Shown here piece by piece: positions 53,030 to 64,000 of a stretch of DNA of 64,000 nucleotides (position 1 is its first letter; each line of letters begins with the position of its first letter). Location: contig NC_043008.1 in assembly GCF_006345805.1 (NCBI RefSeq), positions 38,440,001 through 38,504,000 on the forward strand. Direction: 5' to 3'. Under the pieces are notes generated by a model. That model worked only from the letters and a program-made list of their open reading frames with translations. It ran no database searches and had not been told where the DNA came from. The stretch is from Octopus sinensis (lineage: Eukaryota). The translations under genes were made by a program, and so were the position numbers.

Positions 53030-53890
53030 AAAAATGGTACCAACACCAGCCATAAATTGTTATTGGAGAGGATTAACATCAAGTGGGATTTATCTGTGCA
53101 AACACACCATGTAAAAGAGACTAGAGAGTAGATAGAAATGTATGTAAAATCAGATTAGGAAGGAATGTTATAAATGCATTAGATTAATTCTTAAACACAA
53201 CTAAATGCCAAAATTAAGATGCTGGTTGCTAATATTGATATGATATTCTCACTGGTAAGTGAATTAGTAAAACTTAGGATGAAAATAAGGAGAATAATGT
53301 ATACATCTTTAACAGATCACTTGCAGGGGAAAAAAGCTATACAGAAAGATATACTTGCTATTAATACAAAGAGTTAGGAGTCTTCTTATTATTACCAAAA
53401 AATTTTTATAGAGCATCTTCAGTAAGACTATAAAAATATCTAGAACAGAACAAGCGTAAACTAATACAATTAGCTACAGAACATGAGCAAAAATGAGAAA
53501 AATCTTTTTACATTCTCAGAGAAGCCAACAAATGTAAAACAGAGGGTTGAAGTAACAAGTGAAAGCTGTGATAATGCAGGAGATGTGACTAGAGAAGCCT
53601 TACAAAAACTAAAAACTAAATTGAAAATTGAATTTCAAAACCTCATGCTAAGATGTTGGTAAGAAATTATCTTAAATGGTCAATTTTTAACAAGACTGAG
53701 CAAAGTAGAAATGAATAAAAAAAGAAGAAAAAAAACAAAAAAAACTCAAGACTATGGCTGAAATAGTAGGACAGAAAGGTTTTTGATTGAGACTAAATGC
53801 AAAAGAATTCTGACCTGAAACTACCGAATCCATATAAAAAAGCTGAATACAAAAATAATAGCACACATGTTGGTATGTCTCTTTCACACT
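53030..53890 (+). mobile_element. Decayed non-LTR retrotransposon, probably R4/Dong-like (RT C-terminus)
   Basis: Broken frames give IRKECYKCIRLILKH, YLEQNKRKLIQLATEHEQK, LNGQFLTRLS and ERFLIETKCKRILT*NYRIHI, collinear with the IRKEYY.R.R.IL / LHGQF / EGF.IA.QDQ.L.TRNY motifs of REL-type elements. Clade assigned from memory. Confidence 0.65.
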
Positions 53891-53952
53891 TCCTCTTTCA
53901 AACTCTCAATTGTTCCGTTGTGTCAAACGGATGCAAAAGTTAAGCAGGGGCC

Positions 53953-54249
53953 TATCCACCATATTCACCAAACATTGCCCCATCTGATTATCATTTACAT
54001 TACAGTCTTCTAAATCTTTTGAACAGAAAAAATATGAATTCTGTAGACAAGGTCAGAATAGTACTGGAGGAGTATTTTTCATCATGGATGGGTGAATTTA
54101 GGATGAGGAGTCTTGCAAGTCTACCAGATAGATGGAAGAGCATAGAAAATGAAGGAGAGTATATTCTAGATTAAAAAAGAACTTTATTTTAATTTTGAAA
54201 AATATAAGAAGTATAAAAAAAACTGCGTTATTTATGGGATGACCCAATA
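53953..54249 (+). mobile_element. mariner (DD34D) transposon 3' end with TIR
   Basis: YPPYSPNIAPSDYHL...LPDRWKSIENEGEYILD* (53953-54174) matches the mariner YSPDLAPSDY motif; right TIR TTATTTATGGGATGACCCAA followed by TA. Confidence 0.9.
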
Positions 54250-55814
54250 CATACATACATACTTAGATACATACATACATGTGTGCATAAATATATACAT
54301 ACAAGCATACATACATACATACATACATACATACATACACACACACACATACTCATATATAAATTCACACACACACTTACACACATGAGAGAAAGGAGGA
54401 ATGGGAAGATTCAGTGTTGTAACACCATGTTTGAAATAAGCAGTTTTGAAAGAATTCATGAACTCAACAGGTAAGATAATGGAGTAACTTATGGTAGACA
54501 CTAAACAATGGTAGTAGCAGAGAGTTACTAGTGTTCACTAAGATAAAATACTAAACATCTTCTACTTATTGCAAGGAAAATTTACCAACATTGAACCAGT
54601 TACCTATATACGGTATCTAAAACTTGAAGAAATACTATCAGTATTTTTGAAGTTTCGTTGGATCAGCTAATTTTTAATTAATTAAATTAATTATACTACA
54701 GTGCAGTAGTTATCTAAAGTTAACTAAGATTGTTGCTAAATGACTATCGCTAAATTTTTGGAATATGGTAATCATTAGTGGATCAGATCAAGTTTACTAA
54801 TTTGGTTGAATTACTTTAATTAAAAAAAGTTGTAATTAGATTTTGGACTGCTTTGTAAAATTATATTACTATTTTGTTATTTATTTTGTACAGTTTGTGT
54901 GTGTTTCTGACGCTGTTCTGCATTATGAGTTGTAATATGGTGAAGTAAGAAGCACAGTCTATGAACAGACTTAGTAAATTGACAGATCAAATGTCATGTA
55001 GTACTTAGCTATACGAGAGGGTTAGTGGGCAGATTCAGTGGCACATGAAGACAAAATGTGAGCGGCATTTCTTCCATATCTTAACTTACTCAGTTCAAAT
55101 CCTACCAAGATCAACTTTGGCTTTTACCCTTTTGGTATTGACATAATAAAGTAGAAATCAAGTACATGGAGTGATTTGATCAGCTTGTGGTCCTCCCTAC
55201 AAAAATTGCTGCCCTTCAACTCTGCAACTGGTCGGTGTCCTGTTTAGTGGGGGGATGTTGGGATCTTGACCACTTAAATGCCATAAAAACAAGGTAAGCA
55301 GCTTTTTGAATTCAAATATTAAAAAATTAAAAAGTATTTAGCTATGTACTTTTATGTTTTAAGTTCAATCCGACTGAGACCTTTACTTTTGGTCTTTAGG
55401 GAGAGCAGTTTTAAATTGCAAAGGAAATGACCTGAAAGATTACCAGAAATCAACAAACTTAATAGAGGGATTTTGAGATTAAAAGCTCAGGACTACCCAC
55501 TGCATGCTTTTATTTATAATAGTCTTATCTCTTAGAAGAGAAATTTATGCTTATGACACTATTATGGGGCCTCGGAAATCAGAGGAAGGTGCAGAGGGGG
55601 TAGCAACATCTCCTTAAACCAGACACCTGACTTCTGAATGCTTTTTTAAAAGAGTGAACTCAAATAAAGGCACCCAGCATTGGAGTTAAACTGAACAACA
55701 GATTAATCTACCCATCTCTGCCCCCCCCCCATGTAGTTCATGGTAGGATTTGAACACAGAATGCAAAGAGCCAGAAAAAATACCACAAAGCTCTAATGTT
55801 TCTACTATTTTTTA

Positions 55815-56185
55815 TCTTTTACTTGTTTGAAGCATTAGGTTGTGGCCATACTGGAGCACCTTCTTGAAGAAATTTTGGTGGAATGGATTGTCTTCAGTGC
55901 TTTTTTTTTAAGCCTGGTACTTATTTTATCAGTCTGTTTTGTTGAACTGCTAAGTTACAGGAATGTATGCACTGCAACACTAGTTGTCAAATGGTGATGG
56001 AAGACAAACCAGACACAAACACACACACACACACATATATGTATGACAGGCTTCTCTCAGTTTCCATCTATCAAATCCACTCACAGAGCTTTGGTCAACC
56101 CAAGGCTATATTAGTGACCACTTTCCCAAGGGGTCATGCAGTAGGACTGAACCAAGAACTACATATTTGGGAAGTAAACTTCTTG
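55815..56185 (-). mobile_element. SINE family A, decayed
   Basis: Reverse-complement similarity to family A. Confidence 0.75.
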
Positions 56186-56534
56186 TAGAAGAAATTAATA
56201 GATTAAAAAGCAAACAAAACATTTTTTAGCTTTTTTTGTTTTATTTTTAATACCATTATATTAGTGAACACTTCTTTTGTAAAGAACTGGTTTTGGAAAC
56301 ATCATTCTCCATTGTCTTACTGCACAATAGGCTTCATGGTATTGGCATTAAAATGGAGAGACGGCTTGGGGGATATTTAAATCCCGCAAGTAAATATTTT
56401 CTAATATTTCCTAATTAATTTGTTAAAATGTCTCAGAAAACAAAGAAAAAAGATACAAACTCATACAAACATTTATAGATATTTCTAGAAGTGAAATGCT
56501 ATTTACACCCGTGTCTACATAGCACACTCACATT

Positions 56535-56618
<84 letters not shown>

Positions 56619-57962
56619 TTCTCTCCCTCTCTCACACACACACACACACATTCTAGCCTCGTTCCTCACACACACATACATGTGCACATATTCCTGTTCT
56701 CTCCCAGACACTTCATGCTTACAGATTTATGTTAACAAAGATGTAAAGAATTTAAAATAAATTGTTAGAAAATTCTTTCTACTTAGAACAGAAAAATTGA
56801 GGCTCTTAAAAATAGAAAGAATACGCAAATAAAAAAAACATATTCCGAAAAAGAATAAAAAATATAACAAAACAGGACAAAAGGAACAAATATAAACAAA
56901 GACACAAATAAAAAACAGTCTGAAGTAAATTATGAGAGCTTTGAGCACACTCTTGGGAATCGTCGGAACAGTTCAGTGACAATAGGTGCCTCCAAGAATG
57001 ACGAGAGGAAAAAAAAAAAAGTTAATTTGAATATATATATAAAATGAGAAAACAACATAATAAAGGCTTTCATTAAAAGAACTCTCTCCAGAGTGTTTTG
57101 CCTGAAGCTAACATACATACTTAGGAGAAAATATCTATCCCTTTAATTAGAATAATGCTTGTAAAGAAACTAAATTGCATTCTGCTGCGAAGTTGTCCTG
57201 GTTTCAAAATCAGATGCTTGCTCTACTTTGGGTAAACACTGTTCGGATTTTTTCTTTTTTTAAAATTAATTATTACTCCTTCCTCTCTACCTCTTGTTCT
57301 CTTTCTTTCTCACTCCCACACAAAGACACACAGGCACACAGTTGCACATATGTAGACACTTTATCTCAAATAGACAATCACGATCACTGCTGCAATTGAA
57401 AAGATGACTATCGAAACCTGGGATCAATGGAAATAAAATAAAATAAAAATAGGAAGTGTAACAGAAAATTATCTAATTTTCATTCTCTTTTCTGTGTTAG
57501 TGATAGTGAAATCAAAATAAGCAAATGACAGAATCAGGCAATTAATTAATGATATTACTGAAAAGAACTTGCAGAAAATGTGTGGAAACTCATGATTGAA
57601 GAAGAAAAGGTATGTAAACTATTTAAAGAGGAAAAAGAAAATTAAAAGAACAAAAATTCAGGGGATTTCACACATGGTATAAATGTGCATGTGTCTCAGA
57701 ACATGAACATGCACACAGGGAAAAGAAGGGGAGAACGAGAGGGGGTGGGGGTTGAAATAAAAAGGAAGGTGGGGAACTCATTAGAGATATAATCAGTCAG
57801 TGTTGCTATAAGGTAGCTGCTGCTAGCACACATAGGAAGCATTTAAATATGTTTACAGGAATAGATGTATCACTTGTTGCAGGTGATAAATGTTAAAGGA
57901 AACAAAATGTCTTGGGAGACTTTGGCTATGTTTTAATACAGGAAGAGACTAAGGCATATTAA

Positions 57963-58352
57963 CCCTTTTGTTATTGTATTTTATTTTGAGATGCTCTGCG
58001 TTTCTTTCAATTACTTTAAATATTACAAAGAATTTAGTAAAATAACTTAGTTATTATTCAGTGAGTGTTAGGAACATAAACTGTGACTAAGGTTTGGTGG
58101 AAGATTTTAATTCAAAACTTATGAAAACAAGACATTTGTATTAAAGAGCCAGAGCTGGTTTCAGCTAGGTTGGTAATGAAAGGGTTAAATATAACAAAGA
58201 ATTTAGTAAAATAACTTAGTTATTATTCAGTGAGTGTTAGGAACGTAAATTGAAACTAAGGTTTGGTGGAAGATTTTAATTCAAAACTTATGAAAACAAG
58301 ACATTTATACTCAGAGCCAGAGCTGGTTTCAGCTGGGTTGGTAACGAAAGGG
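57963..58352. mobile_element. piggyBac-type MITE plus a tandem partial duplicate
   Basis: TTAA-CCCTTTTGTTA...GTAATGAAAGGG-TTAA (57963-58184), then a repeat of 58016-58184 ending GTAACGAAAGGG-TTAA at 58356. Confidence 0.9.
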
Positions 58353-58484
58353 TTAATGCAGTAATATAGTGAAGCCAACCTTTAATAGGAGCCAACTATC
58401 TTCCAATTGGATCAGGTCTACCTCTTAGTAAAATACAATAGGATGTAACATATGTTTAACTATAGTGTAATGAAACACTATAGT

Positions 58485-58527
<43 letters not shown>

Positions 58528-58774
58528 AAATATACGTATGTATATTTATGCACGCAAGCATCTGTGTGTGCATGTTTGTATAGACAAGTAAATTAGTGGC
58601 TAAGGTAAATTTGTTTTGACGAAAAGCCTTCAAGATGGTGCTCCAGCATGGCCAGACTGTAATGACTGACACAAATAAAATGTAAAAAGATAAAGGATAT
58701 ATATACATACATATATAAAAAGTAAAAAGTAAAGGAGTCAAAAGGAAAAGTAAGTACGGTTAGGCAGCTTTTTA

Positions 58775-58896
58775 ATCACTACAAATGTTTCGATCCATAC
58801 AGATCCTTGTATATAGAGGATTTAAAGTTACGTTTAAATTAAATTATGTAACGATTTACCTGTATAAGAAGATCTATATGTATCTCCTCAGGTGAT
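58775..58896 (-). ncRNA. Type I hammerhead ribozyme, canonical core, long stem II
   Basis: Minus strand ATCAC-CTGAGGA-GATACATATAGATC...GATCTGTATGGATC-GAA-AC(ATTT)GT-A-GTGAT. 5-bp stem I, 14-bp stem II with one mismatch, all core nucleotides present, GUA cleavage triplet at 58780. Confidence 0.85.
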
Positions 58897-59131
58897 ATTC
58901 AGTTGCTGTCTCCATAAGTAAAATTAGATTTCCATGCTACAACATCCATGGCTTCTTCTAAGACTAGAATTGGTAGCATACCATAACAATACTACTGGCT
59001 ATTTGGGAATTCTAAGGGTGAACAAGCTCTATTTATACTCTTATGCATTCTTAACAGAACACACACACATATATATATATATATATACATATGTATATAT
59101 GTATATATATATATGTGTGTGTGTGTGTGTT

Positions 59132-59178
<47 letters not shown>

Positions 59179-59246
59179 TTATTTATTATTTATTTATTTA
59201 TTTATATGAAAGAAGGTTTGAAAATGCGATTTTAAAGATGTTTATT

Positions 59247-59290
59247 CACTTGACCGGTTTCACTTTTTTAGAAAAAGATTGCCAAAAGTA
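59247..59290 (-). ncRNA. Decayed type I hammerhead, U3-A8 variant
   Basis: TACTT-TTGGCAA-TCTTTTT(CTA)AAAAAGT-GAA-ACCGGT-C-AAGTG; palindromic stem III and GUC triplet, but an A6G change and a U.U pair at the base of stem II. Confidence 0.55.
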
Positions 59291-59749
59291 AAATGTAAAG
59301 CTTCGTTGTGTTAAGTACTGGTTGTCACAAAAGTATTAAAATACTTCCTTTGATAATAATAAGAAAATGTTAAAAACAGTTTACAAGAAAGTATTTAAGA
59401 AAGTATTCAACAAATGGTGTGTATGTATGTATGAATACATACATATACATATGTAAATATATATGTATGTATGAATGTATGTATATCTTTTAATTTTCTT
59501 TTATATTTTATGTGTCAGTCATTACAGTACGGCCATGATGGGGCACCAGCTTGAAGGGGTTTTGTGATACAAATTGACCCTAGCTAACTAACTCACATCT
59601 ACACATACAGATGCATGTGTGTAAAATAAATAAATAAATATATACGTATATATATATGAGTATATTTATAATAAGATTAGCTTGTATACGAGTGGGTATA
59701 TATTTGTAAAAAGTGAAAATGCTGCTATATTAGACAAATTTTTATTTTT

Positions 59750-59800
59750 ATTTTTTAACATGTTTCGGTTCTTGAAATGACGAACCTTATCAAAAAAAAT
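59750..59800 (-). ncRNA. Minimal type I hammerhead, U3-A8 compensatory core
   Basis: ATTTTTT-TTGATAA-GGTTC(GTCATTTCAA)GAACC-GAA-ACATGT-T-AAAAAAT; 7-bp stem I, perfect 5-bp stem II, palindromic stem III, GUU triplet at 59757. Confidence 0.7.
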
Positions 59801-59815
59801 TATATATAATATATA

Positions 59816-59890
<75 letters not shown>

Positions 59891-59959
59891 ATATATGTAT
59901 ATATACACACATATATATAATATATATATATATATTATATATATATATGTATATATATG

Positions 59960-60023
<64 letters not shown>

Positions 60024-60394
60024 TATATATATATCATGTATATATGTGTATATATGTATGTATGAGTCTACATAAATAGTGAGAAAGAGAAATATTGGTG
60101 GACATAGATAGTGAGATAGATAGATAAATATCATCATTGTCGTGATATTTATATATTTATGTCCAGATTTTCCACGCAGATAAGAGTTGGGTGAAACTAC
60201 TTGAGGCAGTATTCAATGGCCCGATGCCATTCTTCATGCCAAATATTACTTGTTTCTTCCGAGTAAACTACTTTATTCCATATCCCTGCATGTTGGAACC
60301 ACTGTCAGCTATTTTGTTTATGGGAGACATAAATAAAACCCACTGCCAAAGTGTTGTCAAGCAAAGGCATGGATATACGGATACAGATGTATGT

Positions 60395-60778
60395 GCACAC
60401 ACACACACACACACACATACGCGCACACACACACATACACACACACACAACCACACATACACACACAACCACACACACACACAACCACACACACACGCAC
60501 ACAACCACACACACACAACCACACACACACACAACCACACACACACACACAACCACACACACACACAAACCACACACACACAACCCACACACACACACAC
60601 AACCACACCACACACACAACCACACACACACACACAACCACACACACACACAACCACACACACACAACCACACACACACACACAACCACACACACACACA
60701 CAACCACACACACACACAACCACACACACACAACCACACACACACACACACACACACACACAACCACACACACACACA
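60395..60778. repeat. Compound (CA)n / AACC(AC)n repeat
   Basis: Direct reading; it explains the HT/CV-rich ORFs. Confidence 0.95.
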
Positions 60779-61172
60779 TGTGATTATGCATGCATGTATG
60801 TATGTATGTATCTGTGTGTATGAAGGCATGTATGTATATAAATATAAGCTTGTTTAAACCATGAAAATGTACAAATTTTAAGATGTAAAATAAATCATTC
60901 TTAGGAAGAGCCTTGGAGTAAGGACGGCTTATAAAAGACAGTACGTAATATATTCGGTTTAAAATCTCTTGGATGGGAAAAAAAGGTCAAAGGCTACGTA
61001 TGGAAATTGAACCCACAATTTGCTCTCAATCATTTACCAACCAAAGGGGCTTTTAGCCCAATATATAACAAGCTATTATTCATACCTGTATCCATATCAA
61101 CATTCTCTGTACATATACATATATTTATATATATACATGCATGCATACATACAAAATATATAATATACGTAC

Positions 61173-61207
<35 letters not shown>

Positions 61208-61451
61208 GAAACATAGAGTAGATGAAACCATGGCAACTGAAGAAGGGGTTTTTTCCTTGTGTTATTTGTCCTGTACTCTATATTTTTTTTGTGTTTAAGA
61301 AAAATGTCCAGTTCCTTGGGTTTGTGTCTATGTTTTCGTTTCTCATTGTGTTCGACGTTTTTTGGTGTCCTGTACTCATATATGCGTGTATATATACATG
61401 TAGAGGTAGGTACATACATATATGTATATATATATGCATATGTTTTATTTA

Positions 61452-61493
<42 letters not shown>

Positions 61494-61647
61494 TATACAT
61501 ATATATAGGGTGGTGAATATTCGTTATAAATATCACCACCAGTGGCCCAGCATGTATAAATAGTCAATAGACAACATGTTCATATTTCAAAATAGAAAAT
61601 TACCCTTTGACAGATAAGTTTTACATGCTAGAAATAGCAGCCAACAC

Positions 61648-61809
61648 GGTGCAGGAGTGGCTGTGTGGTAAGTAGCTTGCTTTCCAACCACATGGTTCCA
61701 GGTTCATTCTCACTGCATGGCACCTTGGGCAAGTATCTTCTGCTATAGCCTTGGGCTGACCAAAGCCTTGTTAGTGGATTTGGTAGACGGAAACTGAAAG
61801 AAGCCCATC

Positions 61810-61870
<61 letters not shown>

Positions 61871-62076
61871 TGTGTGTGTGTTTGTGTTTGTCCCCCTAAC
61901 ATCATTTGACAATCGATGCTGGTGTGTTTACATACCCATAACTTAGCAGTTCGGCAAAAGAGAATCAATAGAATAAGTACTAGGTTTACTAAGAATAAGT
62001 CCTGGGGTCGATTTGCTCGACTAAAGGCGGTGCTCCGGCATGGCCGCAGTCATATGACTAAAACAAGTAAAAGAGT
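61648..62076 (+). mobile_element. SINE family A, full length
   Basis: Head GGAGTGGCTGTGTGGTAAG...GGTTCATTC, central (TA)n, tail AAACAAGTAAAAGAGT. Confidence 0.92.
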
Positions 62077-62528
62077 ATATATAAGCAATATATGTAAGTG
62101 CATTTAGTTTTAGAAGAGTGGTAATTCAGTGCTTGAGTAGATATATTGAAGAATCACGCAATCTCTATTTGGAAGAGTATAATTTAAATTGTAGCAACTA
62201 GAAACCTTTGCTTTCACACCATTTTCTCATTTAGGTGTTGACATCTAATATATATTGCTTCATATGCACAATTTCGAACATATGCACAATTAGAAAATGG
62301 TGATGATGATGACGACGATGACGACAATGTTGCTGATGATGATGACAACGAGGATGGCAACGGCAATGATGATGATGGGGATAATTAAAGAAAGACTGAA
62401 GGACTAACACAAATAAATAAAGAAAGAAAGAAGGAAAGAAAAGAAAGGACACTTCACTGTATATAAATCTGTAAGTTCTGCCTGTATATGAAAAATATTA
62501 TCCATCACACCGTTAATAATTTTACATT

Positions 62529-62948
62529 GGCGTAGGTGTGGCTGTGTGGTCAGTAGCTTGCTTATGAACCACATTGTTCTGGGTTCAGTACCACTGCATG
62601 GCACCTAGGGCAAGTGTCTTCTACTAAAGCTTTGGGCCAACCAAAGCCTTGTGAGTGGATTTGGTAGATGGAAACTGAAAGAAGCCCGTCATATATATGT
62701 ATATATGTGTGTGTATGTGTGACTGTGTCTGTGTTTGTCCCCCATCCCCACTCCAACATCGCTTGACAACCAATGCTGGTGTGTTTACGTCTTCGTAACT
62801 TAGCAGTTTGGCAAAAGAGAACCGATAGAATAAGTACTAGGCTTACAAAGAATAATTCTTGGCGTCGATTTGCTCGGCTAAAGGCGGTGCTCCAGCATGG
62901 CAACAGTCACATGACTGAAACAAGTAAAAGAGTAAAAGACTAAAAGAT
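62529..62948 (+). mobile_element. SINE family A, full length
   Basis: Same structure as 61648-62076, with a (GTAAAAGA)-type repeated tail. Confidence 0.92.
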
Positions 62949-64000
62949 AATATGTAATGCAAAACAATATGTATTGTATGTGTGTTGTGCATCTGGATAT
63001 AAGACTGTTGGGGGGGGGGTCAGATCTTAGTGAGTCACTCTTGCTATTTTGGTTTCCATTCCCGTTTGCAACTCTTTCATTTCACTAGCATCTGTAATTA
63101 TAGCAATGCCACAGCTTTAAGACACATTATTTTCAGGAGGAATTATATTTCTTTTGCTCAAAATTGAAATATACTACTGATCAGATTCTACCTCTATAGA
63201 TGCTGGAGGAGGCGGAAGAGGAAGAGGTGGTGGTGGTGGTGGTGCAGAGACAGGGAAGTGGCTGGTACAAAGCTGTCAGAATGACTCTTTGGAATATGCA
63301 ATATTTGTTTCTAAGTATTAACAAATATACGTAGATCTGAGTTTGATTAATTTAAGTACAAATATGATATATTTATTATAACCACTCCAGGCATATCTCC
63401 AGTCTGAACTACTCCTACCAATTCCTGCTTCTTCCATGATACAAATAGAGTCTAAAACACTAAAACACTGTTTAATAAATCATGCATTTCTCTCCAAAAG
63501 CAAAACTACATCCAATCTAGTTTAAGCAGAATATTGAATTGCTTACATATTGATCTAAAAACTGGAGTCTTTGGATAAACAATTTTGTCAGTGACCTAAG
63601 GGTGACACCTATCTCAAAGACTTTAGAGAACTAATAGCTTTATCGTGTAAAGAATTAATGAAATAGAAGAAAAAGTATTTATAATATTCCCTAAAATGTA
63701 TTCTTAGTTTGCAGTTCAGTGATAATCACACACTTGTCTGTGTATTTACTGAAGCATTCCAACTTGGAATTATCTTAATGTTTTCTATTTAATAACACAC
63801 TTTGCCAAAGCCATGGTGTCAGTTCTCATTTCAAAGTAACTTACAAGATGTTCTAAGTGACATTGCATATTATAACGGGCGATGAAAAAAAGAAAAAAAA
63901 TTTTGTCCCTGTTTCATCTGTCTGCCTCTATGTTGACCTTTTAGGGAAATAGGACAGAGCTCAGCAGTTGTAAAAGGATTCTGCTATTACAGAAGCAATA

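Noticed and set aside
57398-57430. TTGAAAA...GAAAC U3-A8 hammerhead candidate
   Set aside because: Only a 3-bp stem II forms; U16.1 and stem I pairing fail.

Overview
AT-rich, microsatellite-dense eukaryotic DNA, most likely from an octopus or another coleoid cephalopod. I judged this from SINE and transposon families recognised from memory, with no database search. I found no host protein-coding exon I can support, and almost all ORF-track entries are microsatellite translations. The window is a graveyard of mobile elements: several tRNA-derived SINE families (about 25 copies or fragments), decayed RTE, CR1-like and R4/Dong-like LINE fragments, two Tc1/mariner remnants, piggyBac-type (TTAA) MITEs, a small LTR-like insertion and a 1.43-kb tandem duplication. 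Three features stand out. (1) A set of minimal type I hammerhead ribozyme (HHR) motifs typical of Penelope-like elements and retrozymes, sitting in short inserts next to (TA)n tracts. Three lie on the same strand within 1 kb at 58.8-59.8 kb, and two of those carry the compensatory U3-A8 core variant. (2) A 456-bp-period 1.5-mer insertion with an HHR-like motif whose predicted cut site nearly coincides with the insertion end, as expected from reverse transcription of a circular RNA. (3) A full-length U6 snRNA fused to a full-length SINE inside a single 14-bp target-site duplication.
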